Source: an uncultured beta proteobacterium (GTDB lineage: Bacteria > Pseudomonadota > Gammaproteobacteria > Burkholderiales > Burkholderiaceae_C). Taken from it: 64,000 nucleotides of DNA. A program made the translations under genes and the position numbers. Positions 19,355 to 28,584 of this stretch are shown here, piece after piece (the first letter of the stretch is position 1; each line of letters starts with the position of its first letter). The stretch spans positions 97,098 through 161,097 of the forward strand of contig CAILZB010000112.1 of NCBI GenBank assembly GCA_903838565.1, read 5' to 3'. Under the pieces are notes generated by a model that saw nothing but the letters and a program-made list of their open reading frames with translations, was not told the origin of the DNA and did not search any database.

Positions 19355-20302
19355 ATGTCACGTATCAGCGCCAACCTCCTCCTGCTCGTCGTCGCCCTCA
19401 TCTGGGGCTCCGCCTTTGTGCCTCAGATCCACGGCATGAGCAACGTGGGGCCGATGACGTTCACCGCGGTGCGCTTTCTGATCGGCTCGCTGGTCGTGGC
19501 GCCGCTGATGCTGCTCGAGTGGCGCCGCCTGCAACGCGAGGCCAAACCGCTGCGGCGTGTCGATGGGCTCAAGATTGCCGGCCTGGGCAGCCTGCTGGTG
19601 CTGGGTGCGACGATGCAGCAGATCGGACTGATCAGCACCAGCGCTACCAACGCCGGCTTCCTGACGGCGCTTTACGTGCCGCTGGTGCCGATGCTGGGCT
19701 GGCTGCTGTGGCGCCAGCTGCCGCACTGGACGGTGTGGCTGGGCGCGCTGGCCTCCTTCGTCGGCGCCTACCTGCTTTCGGGCGCGAACACGCATGCCAT
19801 CGTGAGCGGCGACCTGTGGGTCATCGCTTCGGCCATTCCGTGGGCGATACACGTGCTGCTGATCGGCCGCGTGGCGGACCGCATGTCGGCGCCCTTCTTG
19901 GTCGCGGGCGGCCAGTTCGCGGTGTGCGGCCTGCTGGCCCTGGCGTGGACGCTGGCCTTCGAACCGGTGACCTGGTCGGGCCTGCAGGCAGCGGCTTGGC
20001 CACTGGTGTACACAGGGGTCTTTTCCGTGGGCGTGGCGTTCACGGCGCAGGTAGTGGCACAGCGTTACGCCCACGCCGCCGACGCCGCCATCGTGCTGTC
20101 TTCGGAGACGCTGTTCTCGGCGATGTTTGGTTATCTGTTGATGGGCGACCGCCTCGACAGCACCGGCCTGGCCGGCTGCGGACTGATCTTTGCCAGCATG
20201 ATGGCCGTGCAATTGCTGCCCATGCTGTATGGACAACCGGCCGTCGTCACGGTGCATCCGCACGGCTACCCGCTCGAGCCGGGGACTGCGCATGAAGCAT
20301 GA
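19355..20302 (+). CDS. DMT-superfamily (EamA) transporter
   Basis: 10 TM helices; duplicated EamA domains. Confidence 0.8.
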   Translation: MSRISANLLLLVVALIWGSAFVPQIHGMSNVGPMTFTAVRFLIGSLVVAPLMLLEWRRLQREAKPLRRVDGLKIAGLGSLLVLGATMQQIGLISTSATNAGFLTALYVPLVPMLGWLLWRQLPHWTVWLGALASFVGAYLLSGANTHAIVSGDLWVIASAIPWAIHVLLIGRVADRMSAPFLVAGGQFAVCGLLALAWTLAFEPVTWSGLQAAAWPLVYTGVFSVGVAFTAQVVAQRYAHAADAAIVLSSETLFSAMFGYLLMGDRLDSTGLAGCGLIFASMMAVQLLPMLYGQPAVVTVHPHGYPLEPGTAHEA

Positions 20303-20383
20303 GCACGGCCTGACACTGCGCAAAGTCGTTGTGCGCGCGACACAAAGCAAGGGAAAACCATGAGGCAACGGGCGCAACTTCAT

Positions 20384-20397
20384 CTTGTATATACAAG
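20384..20397. promoter_or_regulatory. perfect 14-bp palindrome CTTGTATATACAAG in an AT-rich intergenic region
   Basis: Exact dyad symmetry; candidate operator. Confidence 0.35.
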
Positions 20398-20521
20398 CAT
20401 GGAAAGTTAAACTTTGGTCGGTGTTTTTTTCCATGCGCAGGCCCGAGGTACGGGTTCGGCGCATGGAAGGTAGTCGGTGAAGTGGGGGGCGCTGTTCAAG
20501 GGGCCCCAAAGCAAAGCGAAT

Positions 20522-20553
20522 GGGTTGCAAATATTTTGCAACCCGATTTTTTT
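20522..20553 (+). terminator. terminator/attenuator-like hairpin (GGGTTGCAAA-TAT-TTTGCAACCC) followed by a T7 tract, in the leader immediately upstream of the ABC-operon Shine-Dalgarno
   Basis: Perfect 10-bp arms at 20522-20544 and T tract at 20547-20553; Shine-Dalgarno GGAG at 20561; ATG at 20570. Confidence 0.35.
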
Positions 20554-20569
20554 ATCAACAGGAGATGTA

Positions 20570-21340
20570 ATGCGATTTTTTACAAAGCTCTTCGGAGCGG
20601 TGTCGTGCATAGCGATGCTCATGTCGGGAAATGTTCAGGCACGTGACTGGAAGACGATCAAGGACGCGGGCACGATCGTGGTCGCCACCGAAGGTCAGTA
20701 CTACCCCTTCAACTACTTTGAAGGCCCCAAGCTGACCGGCTTTGAAGTCGAGTTGGCCGAAGCCATCGTGAAGCAGATGGGCCTCAAGCTCGACTGGCGC
20801 GTGGTCTCGTTCGACGCACAACTGGCATCGATCCGCCAGGACCGCTTCGACTTCGCCATCGCCTCGCACGGCTACACCGAAGAGCGCGCCAAGGCGGTCG
20901 ATTTCGCGAACCCGCATTACTGCTCGGGCGCTCAGATCGTCTCCATGCCCGGTGGCCCGCTGACGGTCGCTGCACTCAAGGGCAAGTCGGTTGGCGTGCA
21001 GACCGCCACCACCTATTACGACGCTGCCAAGAAGATCGAAGGCATCGGCGAAATCAAGACCTACAAGGACGAGGCTGCCAACTTTGCCGCGCTCAAGGCC
21101 AAGAAGTATGACGCCTGGATTTCCGACAAGTACCTGGTGAAGGCCACGCTGGAAAAGAACCCTGGCACCGGCGCCATCCCCGGCGAAATGGTGTTCGTCG
21201 AGCGCATCTCGATGATCACGCGCAAGAACAACAAGGAGCTGATGGACCAGATGAACCAGGCTCTGGCTGCGGTCATGAAGGACGGGACCTACAAGGCCCT
21301 GTCGACCAAGTACTTCCAGACTGACATCTCCTGCCACTAA
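20570..21340 (+). CDS. polar amino-acid ABC transporter substrate-binding protein (family 3)
   Basis: Signal peptide and SBP_bac_3 fold. AGGAG Shine-Dalgarno before the ATG at 20570. Confidence 0.8.
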   Translation: MRFFTKLFGAVSCIAMLMSGNVQARDWKTIKDAGTIVVATEGQYYPFNYFEGPKLTGFEVELAEAIVKQMGLKLDWRVVSFDAQLASIRQDRFDFAIASHGYTEERAKAVDFANPHYCSGAQIVSMPGGPLTVAALKGKSVGVQTATTYYDAAKKIEGIGEIKTYKDEAANFAALKAKKYDAWISDKYLVKATLEKNPGTGAIPGEMVFVERISMITRKNNKELMDQMNQALAAVMKDGTYKALSTKYFQTDISCH

Positions 21341-21352
21341 AGGTTTGCAGCC

Positions 21353-22111
21353 ATGAACTGGAGCAAGGAAAACCCCGGCTACGCCATGTTCGCGTCCATG
21401 ATTGGACTGCTGCTGGTGCTATGGGGAATGGCGCTGCCATTGTCCATGGCGCCGGCACCGATCGGACCGGCGGCGCAGGAGTTCACCGAAGGCGCACGCA
21501 TGACGGTGCTGCTGACGCTGATTTCCGGCCTCTCGGGCATGGTGATCGGCGTGGTGGCGGGCCTGGGCAAGCTGTCTTCGTTCCTGCCGTTTCGCTGGTT
21601 GTGCGACTTCTACGTGTGGCTGATCCGCGGCACGCCGTTGCTGCTGCAGATCCTGTTCGTGTGGCTGGCCTCACCTCAGTTGCTGCCGGACTCGATGCAG
21701 CCTTCGGACTTTGCCTGTGCCGCGATCGCCCTGGCGATCAACATCGGCGCGTACAACACCGAATGCGTTCGCGCCGGCATCCTGGCCGTACCGCATGGCC
21801 AGATCGAGGCGGCCAAGGCGCTGGGTCTGTCACCTTTCCAGACCTTCATGGACATCATCTTTCCGCAGAGCATGCGGGTGGCCCTGCCGGCACTGGCGAA
21901 CAACCTGGCCTCGCTGGTCAAGGACTCGTCGCTGGCCTACGCCATCAGCGTGGTGGAACTGACCATGATCGGCTATCGGGTGCAGGCCTCCAGCTACCAG
22001 CCGATTCCGGTGTTTTTGACCACGGCAAGCATCTACCTGATCCTGACGACAGCGTTCACATCGCTCACGTCGGCGTTGGAGACGCGGCTTGACGTCGGCA
22101 GAAAGCGCTAG
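21353..22111 (+). CDS. amino-acid ABC transporter permease
   Basis: His/Glu/Gln/Arg/opine-family permease with the EAA loop motif. Confidence 0.8.
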   Translation: MNWSKENPGYAMFASMIGLLLVLWGMALPLSMAPAPIGPAAQEFTEGARMTVLLTLISGLSGMVIGVVAGLGKLSSFLPFRWLCDFYVWLIRGTPLLLQILFVWLASPQLLPDSMQPSDFACAAIALAINIGAYNTECVRAGILAVPHGQIEAAKALGLSPFQTFMDIIFPQSMRVALPALANNLASLVKDSSLAYAISVVELTMIGYRVQASSYQPIPVFLTTASIYLILTTAFTSLTSALETRLDVGRKR

Positions 22112-22120
22112 GTGAACGCC

Positions 22121-22876
22121 ATGACGACACAAACCACACTCAAGCCCATCATCGAGGCACGCGGCGTGGACAAGCACTTCGGTGAATTCCGCGCCTTGAA
22201 GGGAGCCACGGCAACCTTCTACGAAGGCCAGGTGACGGCCATCATCGGGCCTTCCGGCTCGGGCAAGTCCACTTTTTTGCGGACCCTGAACCGACTGGAA
22301 GCGCACGACGGCGGCAGCATACGCATCGACGGCATCGAGCTCAACGACGACCTGAAGAACCTGGACGCCATCCGGCGCGAGGTCGGCATGGTGTTCCAGA
22401 ACTTCAACCTGTTCTCGCACCTGACCATTCTGAAGAACGTCGCGCTGGCACCGATGCGCGTGCGCAAGATGCCCAAGGCCGAAGCCGAAGCCAAGGCGCT
22501 GGCGCTGCTGGAACGCGTGGGCCTGAAGGATCAGGCGCACAAGTACCCGGTGCAGCTCTCAGGCGGACAACAGCAACGCGTGGCGATCGCCCGTGCGCTG
22601 GCCATGGACCCCAAGGTGCTGCTGTTCGACGAGCCCACTTCGGCGCTCGATCCGGAAATGGTGAACGAAGTCCTGGCGGTGATGCGTGAACTGGCGCACA
22701 CCGGAATCACGATGCTGGTGGTCACGCACGAAATGGGCTTTGCCCGCGAAGTGGCGGACCGTCTCATCTTCTTCGACCTGGGCGTGATCCTGGAAGACAG
22801 CACACCGAAAGAGTTCTTCGCGAATCCGGCGCACCCCCGCGCCAAGGCGTTCTTGTCGCAGGTGCGAACCGGTTAG
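22121..22876 (+). CDS. amino-acid ABC transporter ATP-binding protein
   Basis: Walker [10 protein letters not shown], signature [15 protein letters not shown], Walker [12 protein letters not shown]. Confidence 0.85.
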   Translation: MTTQTTLKPIIEARGVDKHFGEFRALKGATATFYEGQVTAIIGPSGSGKSTFLRTLNRLEAHDGGSIRIDGIELNDDLKNLDAIRREVGMVFQNFNLFSHLTILKNVALAPMRVRKMPKAEAEAKALALLERVGLKDQAHKYPVQLSGGQQQRVAIARALAMDPKVLLFDEPTSALDPEMVNEVLAVMRELAHTGITMLVVTHEMGFAREVADRLIFFDLGVILEDSTPKEFFANPAHPRAKAFLSQVRTG

Positions 22877-22930
22877 CAAGCGCCGCCACTCATCCGTTTT
22901 TGAAATTAAAGATAAACACAAGGAAAAATC

Positions 22931-24214
22931 ATGCAAGTCAAGAAAATCGTTTTGGCCCTTTTGGCCACCGGCCTGAGCGCAGGCTTTCTCACCAGCGCCC
23001 ATGCTGCTGACGCGGACCGCATCAAGGCACTGGAAGACCAGCTGCAAGCGCTGCAGAAGTCCATCGCCGAGCTCAAGGCCGCCACACCGACCAAGAAGGA
23101 AGTGTCCGACCTGACCGACCAGGTCACGCTGCAAGGCAAGGAAGCCGTGGTGCTGGGTGACATGCCCGCCTCCATCCGCATGCCCGGCAGCGAAACCTCG
23201 CTGCGCGTCTACGGTTACGCTGAAGCCAACATGATCAAGGACATTAAGGGCACGGCTGCAGGCGACAAGTTCACCTATCTGCAAGTGCAGCCACTGAACG
23301 GCACCGGCGCCGATGAGGGCAAGCTGGCCATGACGGCGCAGACCTCGCGCTTCGGTTTCGAAACCTCCACCCCCACGGCGCTGGGCGCACTGCACACCCA
23401 GGTTGAAATGGATTTCTACTCCACCGACCGCCTGCGCCTGCGCCATGCCTACGGCGAATACGCCGGCTGGCTGGTCGGCAAGACCTGGTCGACCTTCATG
23501 GATCTGGATGACGGCCCGGAAACCGTGGACTTCAACGGCCCCATCGGCATGCCGTTCTCGCGCCCGGTGCAGGTTCGCTACACCTACGCGCTGCCCACCG
23601 GCGAAACCTTCAAGGCCGCGCTGGAAGCCCCGTCCGACGGCGCACACCGCCCGAACCTGGTGCTGACTGCAGCCAAATCGTTTGACGATGGCGGCATCAA
23701 CGCGCGCCTGATCTCGCAAGAACAGCGCGGGGCTGACCCAGCCGGAAAATTCGTCACCAAAAGCGGAGTTGGCTTTGGCTTCGGCGGCTCCTACAAGCTC
23801 ACCGGCGACCTGACCGCGATGGGCCAGTGGGCCAAGGTCGACGGCGACGCCGACAACGCGCTGATGATGGGCGCGAACTACCCCGACACATCGACCGGTG
23901 CCATGCTGCTGGACAAGTCCACCGGCTACGTGCTGGGTCTGACCAATGTGTTCAACTCGCAGTGGCGCGCCACCCTGGCCTACGGCCATGTGCAGTCGCA
24001 GCACAGCGCCAGCAGCGCCTACGGCATTGCCTCCGCTGGCGTTGACGGCAGCAACAACAAGACGCTGTCGCAGCTGCACCTGAACTTCTACTACACCCCG
24101 ATCAAGAACGTTGATCTGGGTGCCGAGTACATCATGGGCAAACGCACGACTTACACCGGCGAAGTCGGTGATCTGAGCCGCGTGAACCTGCAAGCACGCT
24201 ACAGCTTCAACTGA
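22931..24214 (+). CDS. outer-membrane porin with N-terminal coiled coil (DcaP-like)
   Basis: Signal peptide; heptad coiled coil (IKALEDQLQALQKSIAELKA); beta-barrel ending in ARYSFN. Confidence 0.55.
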   Translation: MQVKKIVLALLATGLSAGFLTSAHAADADRIKALEDQLQALQKSIAELKAATPTKKEVSDLTDQVTLQGKEAVVLGDMPASIRMPGSETSLRVYGYAEANMIKDIKGTAAGDKFTYLQVQPLNGTGADEGKLAMTAQTSRFGFETSTPTALGALHTQVEMDFYSTDRLRLRHAYGEYAGWLVGKTWSTFMDLDDGPETVDFNGPIGMPFSRPVQVRYTYALPTGETFKAALEAPSDGAHRPNLVLTAAKSFDDGGINARLISQEQRGADPAGKFVTKSGVGFGFGGSYKLTGDLTAMGQWAKVDGDADNALMMGANYPDTSTGAMLLDKSTGYVLGLTNVFNSQWRATLAYGHVQSQHSASSAYGIASAGVDGSNNKTLSQLHLNFYYTPIKNVDLGAEYIMGKRTTYTGEVGDLSRVNLQARYSFN

Positions 24215-24222
24215 TAGACCCG

Positions 24223-24289
24223 GGTCTGCGTCCATTCCGATGGACGCAGACCGCTTGGGGATGGCTGGCCCGATGCAGCCATCCCCAAG
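24223..24289 (+). terminator. two tandem perfect GC-rich hairpins (12-bp and 14-bp stems) downstream of the porin gene
   Basis: GGTCTGCGTCCA...TGGACGCAGACC and CTTGGGGATGGCTG...CAGCCATCCCCAAG; no U tract. Confidence 0.4.
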
Positions 24290-24322
24290 CGGGACCGGGG
24301 CCAGAGCCCATAATGCGGCGAC

Positions 24323-25708
24323 ATGACAGACAGTCACCGCACCGAGGCTGAGCGCCTTTTCCATCAAGGTCTTGGACAGCTCAGCGCCAACGACCTGGAT
24401 AGCGCCGAAAACTCATTTCGCCGCGCACTTGACCTCTCCCCCGATTTCTTCGAAGCCTGGGCCAACCTGGCCTTCGCTCTCGATCAAAAGCAGGAACTTG
24501 CGCAGGCCGAAGCCTGCTACCGTCGCGCGCTCTCCATCGCCTCGAGAAGTTCGCACACGCATCTGAATCTGGGCACGCTGCTGGCGGCTCAGGATCGCTC
24601 CGGCGAGGCTGAAGACTGCTACCGCGAGGCCATTGCCTGCAGCCCCGAATCGGCCGCGGCCTGGTCCAACCTGGGCGTGCTCTGCATCGGCCTGAAGCGC
24701 GAGACCGAAGCCGAGGAGCTGCTGCGCAAGGCGCTGGCGCTGGACCCAACCTTTGCCAAGGCGCAGTTCAATCTGGCCTATCTCCAGCTGCGCCAGGGCC
24801 GCTTCGAAGAAGGCTGGCAAAGCCTGGAGGCGCGCGACTGGTACCGCGGCCTGGAAAACCACTTCGAATGCCCGCGCTGGCGCGGCGAATCACTCTCCGG
24901 CAAATCCCTGCTCATAGGCTACGAAGCCGGGCACGGCGACGTGATCCAGTTCTGCCGCTACGCCACGCTGCTCAAGGACCAGGGCACCGCGCGGATCACG
25001 CTGCTGTGTCATCCCGCGCTCAAGACGCTGCTGGCGACGCTGGCCGGGGTCGATCAGGTGCTGGCCTTCGACCAGGACGTTCCCCGATCAGGCTGGGACT
25101 ATTGGACACCGCTGCTGAGCCTTCCCTACCATTGCCAGACCCGCGCCGACTCCATCCCCGCCGCCATTCCCTACCTTCATGCCAGCGCCGACCGGATGGC
25201 GAAATGGGGCGCGCGGCTGCCCCTGGGCAAGCCCAGGGTGGGTCTGGTCTGGAAGGGCAATCCGAAATTTGACAACGACGCGGATCGCTCGATCGCGCGT
25301 CTGGACCTGCTGGCGCCCCTGGGCGCCGTGCCCGGGCTGAACTTCATCAGCCTGCAAAAGGGCGCGGGGGAAGACGAGGCACGTCAGCCGCCTCTTGGCC
25401 TGGCGCTGCTGCACCTGGGAACGGACTTGGAGGATTTTGCCGACGCTGCGGCGATCGTCGCGCAACTCGATCTGCTGATCTCGGTCGACACCGCCATGGC
25501 GCATCTGGCCGGCGCGCTGGGCACGCCCTGCTGGTTGCTGCTGCCCGATCACATGGCCGACTGGCGCTGGCAAAGCGAACGCAACGATTCGCCCTGGTAT
25601 CCCGGCCGCATGCGGCTGTTTCGCCAAACCCGCCGGGGCGACTGGTCTGGCGCGATCAAATCACTGAAGCAGGCGCTCACCTCGTGGGCAAACCAGGCAC
25701 ACGCCTGA
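24323..25708 (+). CDS. TPR-repeat protein with C-terminal glycosyltransferase-9-like domain
   Basis: Four or more TPR units at the N-terminus; the C-terminal half resembles heptosyltransferase/GT9-like proteins. Confidence 0.55.
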   Translation: MTDSHRTEAERLFHQGLGQLSANDLDSAENSFRRALDLSPDFFEAWANLAFALDQKQELAQAEACYRRALSIASRSSHTHLNLGTLLAAQDRSGEAEDCYREAIACSPESAAAWSNLGVLCIGLKRETEAEELLRKALALDPTFAKAQFNLAYLQLRQGRFEEGWQSLEARDWYRGLENHFECPRWRGESLSGKSLLIGYEAGHGDVIQFCRYATLLKDQGTARITLLCHPALKTLLATLAGVDQVLAFDQDVPRSGWDYWTPLLSLPYHCQTRADSIPAAIPYLHASADRMAKWGARLPLGKPRVGLVWKGNPKFDNDADRSIARLDLLAPLGAVPGLNFISLQKGAGEDEARQPPLGLALLHLGTDLEDFADAAAIVAQLDLLISVDTAMAHLAGALGTPCWLLLPDHMADWRWQSERNDSPWYPGRMRLFRQTRRGDWSGAIKSLKQALTSWANQAHA

Positions 25709-25722
25709 ACCGCGGGTCGGCC

Positions 25723-26454
25723 TCAGTGGCGCCCACCCCGATAGCCACCGTCGCGGTGTCCGCCGCCCCAGAAGCCATAGCCCAGCGACAAGCCGATCAG
25801 CGGGAAGTAGGGCTGGTAATACGGTTGGTAGTACGGCTGGTAATAGGGCGCGGCGTAGTAGCCGGAATAGGTGTTCGCCGGTGCCACGACGACGTTGGAA
25901 GCTTGCTGCACGTACACGGTCTGCACCCCCGGGTCGGTGCTCACGGCGGCAGGCGCTTGCGCGTAGGTCGTGGCCGGCGTCTGCGCGCTGGCGCCCACGG
26001 GTGAGACCTGCAGGCGGATGCTGGGACCGGGATCGTTGGGCATCTGCACCGTGTACTGCTTGCCGGCGAATTCATACACCACGTTGTACGCGACCGTGGC
26101 GTTTTCGTAAAAGGTCTGGACCTGACAACGCTGCACATTCTGCAGTTGCGTGCCACCGGAACCCTCGACGTTGTTGCCGATCACGGCGCCCGCGATCGTG
26201 CCGAACAGGGTCGCGGCCGCCTGGCCCGCGCCGCGGCCCAGCGCATTGCCCGCCGCGCCGCCCGCGATCGCACCCATCACGGCGCCCGCGCCCGACTTGG
26301 GCTGCTGCACCGCCATCTGCTCCACGGCGCAGACCTGGCGTGGCGTGCCGACCTGCTGCACGATGGGCGTGGAAGAAATCACGCGCCCGACTTCCTGAGC
26401 CAGGCACAGTCCTGACGAAATCATGGCGCTCACCAAGAGCAGTTGTTTTTTCAT
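25723..26454 (-). CDS. glycine-zipper 2TM (Rick_17kDa_Anti-like) lipoprotein with a YYQP repeat tail
   Basis: Signal peptide/lipobox; G-x-x-x-G zipper region; C-terminal YYQPYYQPYYQPY repeat. Confidence 0.55.
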   Translation of the reverse strand: MKKQLLLVSAMISSGLCLAQEVGRVISSTPIVQQVGTPRQVCAVEQMAVQQPKSGAGAVMGAIAGGAAGNALGRGAGQAAATLFGTIAGAVIGNNVEGSGGTQLQNVQRCQVQTFYENATVAYNVVYEFAGKQYTVQMPNDPGPSIRLQVSPVGASAQTPATTYAQAPAAVSTDPGVQTVYVQQASNVVVAPANTYSGYYAAPYYQPYYQPYYQPYFPLIGLSLGYGFWGGGHRDGGYRGGRH

Positions 26455-26572
26455 GGGCCTCATCCTTGAAGAGATTGGACAGAAGTGAATCATCCCTGTT
26501 TGTTCATTCCCTTGTGAGGAAGTTCAGTGAATCCAGGGTAAAGACCGGCAAATCTGTCGATGAGGCGCGAGC

Positions 26573-26926
26573 TTAAACCACGAAGTTGACGTTGTTGCCT
26601 GAAGTCGCCGTTGGCGCAGCCGGCGCGGGCAAGTTGCTGGCCGTGCCGCTGTGGTGGTGTCCCGAGCGCAGCGCCGAAAACGCCTGTTGCGCTGCTCCCA
26701 GGTCGCCATTTTGCAGGGCCTGGCCGAGTTGCGCGAGTGGACTGTTTGGGTTGCTGCTGGCGCTGGAGGATCCGCTGCCGGTGAGGGACGCGTAGGCAGC
26801 CTTGGCTCCCGTCAGGTCATTGGTCTTCAACGCCTGCGCCAGCGCCTGGAAGTCTTGCTGGCGTTGTTGCCAGGCGGCGGCGCCAGACTGGCTGGTGCCG
26901 GCGGTGGACGAAACTCGCATTCCCAT
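26573..26926 (-). CDS. small His-rich internally repeated protein, paralog A (hypothetical)
   Basis: AAWQQRQQ motif, two copies of an F-x-x-L-x-x-AL-x-x-x-DL-x-GA-x-x-AF-x-x-L unit, HHHSG tail. AAGGAG Shine-Dalgarno before the ATG at 26926. Confidence 0.5.
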   Translation of the reverse strand: MGMRVSSTAGTSQSGAAAWQQRQQDFQALAQALKTNDLTGAKAAYASLTGSGSSSASSNPNSPLAQLGQALQNGDLGAAQQAFSALRSGHHHSGTASNLPAPAAPTATSGNNVNFVV

Positions 26927-27216
26927 GTTGCTCTCCTTGCCGGGCTGGCCCTTGACCAAACGCTGGCAGGGTCGCCGCACCGCATGGAATTCTTATCGGC
27001 GGCCATTGCGGGGGGCTGTATCGCCTTTACCTTCGCACAAGGTAAAGCTTTGTGAATTTGCGTGAAGCTGAGTGTCTTAAAGCAGCACCAGGGTGAATAA
27101 CGGGGCATTGGTCGCCTTTTTCGACAGATGGGTGCAGCCGCAATCACTGACGATTCAACTCACCTGGGGGCTTGGTCACGATTCTCTCAGGTTCATTATT
27201 TTCAAGGAGCAGGATC

Positions 27217-27585
27217 ATGGGCATGAGCATTCAAGGCGTGAGCGCAACGGGATCGAATCAAAGCGTGGGCGCCGCGGCCTGGCAACAACGCCAGCAAAGC
27301 TTCAAGGACCTGACTGCCGCGTTGCAGTCGGGCGACCTGTCGGGGGCGCAAAAGGCGTTTTCTACGCTGACCGGTGGCACTGTGACAGTCAACGCCAGCA
27401 GCCCCTTGGCCAAGGTGGGTCAGGCGCTGCAGAACGGCGACCTCGCAGGTGCGCAAACTGCCATGCAGCAGGTCCAGGCGAGCCGCGCCGGACACCACCA
27501 TCATCACGCTGCGACGCCGCAGACTGCGACTGCCGCGCCAACCTCGTCCGGCTCGGTGGGGTCGTTGTTGAACACGACGGCATAA
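27217..27585 (+). CDS. small His-rich internally repeated protein, paralog B (hypothetical)
   Basis: About 55% identical to paralog A with the same motif order; HHHHH tract. AAGGAG Shine-Dalgarno before the ATG at 27217. Confidence 0.5.
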   Translation: MGMSIQGVSATGSNQSVGAAAWQQRQQSFKDLTAALQSGDLSGAQKAFSTLTGGTVTVNASSPLAKVGQALQNGDLAGAQTAMQQVQASRAGHHHHHAATPQTATAAPTSSGSVGSLLNTTA

Positions 27586-27591
27586 AGAAAC

Positions 27592-28569
27592 ATGGCCCTT
27601 CGTCGCGCCTTCCTCGCCGCCAGCGGTACCGCTCTGCTGGGTCTGATGCTGCCGCCAGACGTGCTGGCGCAAAGCTTTCCGACCAAGCCGCTGCACTTCA
27701 TCGTTCCGCTCGCGCCCGGTGGGTCGGCGGACATGCTGGCGCGGCTGGTGGGTCAGCACCTGAGCCAGCGCCTGGGTCAAGCCGTGATCGTGGAGATGCG
27801 GCCAGGCGGCGGTACGGTGGTTGGCACGTCGCAGGTGGCCAGGGCGGCGGCCGACGGCTACACGCTTTTATTTGCCTCCAACAGCTTGGTGATCAACGCC
27901 AAGCTGCGCACCAACCTGCCCTACGACGGCATCAAGGCCTTCGAACCGGTGGCCTTGATGGCGAGTTCGCCGCAGGTGCTGGCCGTCAACGCGGCCAGTC
28001 CCTATCGCAGCTTCAAACAATGGCTCGCTGCCGCTCGCGCTCAGCCGGGAACGGTGTCGCTGGCGTCACTGGGGCCCGACACCACGCAACACATGGCCTC
28101 GGAATGGCTGCAGCACACGACCGGCACGCAGCTCATTTATGCGCCTTTCAACGGCGGCGCGCTGGCCGTGAACGCGGTGTTGGGTGGCCACGTCGACACG
28201 GTGCTGGGCAACCTGGCCGAGATGTCGCCCCACATCGAAGCGGGACGGCTGCGAGCGCTGGCAGTGACGACACGCGAGCGCTTGAGCGCGCTGCAGCAAG
28301 TGCCCACTATCGCCGAGTCGGGCTACCCCGGGTTCGAGGCCATAGCCTGGTTCGGCGTGGCTGTGCCTGCGGGGACGCCGCAGGAGGTGATCCAGGTGTT
28401 GGCCGAGGGCGTGAAATCGGCCATGAGCGATCCTGAAATCCGCAGGCAGTTGCTGGCGTTCAGCCTGCAGCCGGACTTTCTTGGCCCGGCCGAGTTCGCT
28501 GGACACGTCGCGCAGCAATATCAGCACTACGCGCACATCATCGACGACGCACACATCCAGGTGATGTAG
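27592..28569 (+). CDS. Bug-family (TctC-like) tripartite tricarboxylate transporter substrate-binding protein
   Basis: Signal peptide; PLAPGGSADMLAR Bug signature. Confidence 0.85.
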   Translation: MALRRAFLAASGTALLGLMLPPDVLAQSFPTKPLHFIVPLAPGGSADMLARLVGQHLSQRLGQAVIVEMRPGGGTVVGTSQVARAAADGYTLLFASNSLVINAKLRTNLPYDGIKAFEPVALMASSPQVLAVNAASPYRSFKQWLAAARAQPGTVSLASLGPDTTQHMASEWLQHTTGTQLIYAPFNGGALAVNAVLGGHVDTVLGNLAEMSPHIEAGRLRALAVTTRERLSALQQVPTIAESGYPGFEAIAWFGVAVPAGTPQEVIQVLAEGVKSAMSDPEIRRQLLAFSLQPDFLGPAEFAGHVAQQYQHYAHIIDDAHIQVM

Positions 28570-28584
28570 GCCCGAAGCCGATCC

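Noticed and set aside
20329-20646. 105-aa ORF in the AT-rich intergenic region upstream of the ABC operon
   Set aside because: It overlaps the two palindromes and the start of the binding-protein gene, has atypical codon usage and no Shine-Dalgarno. The region is better explained as regulatory or leader RNA.
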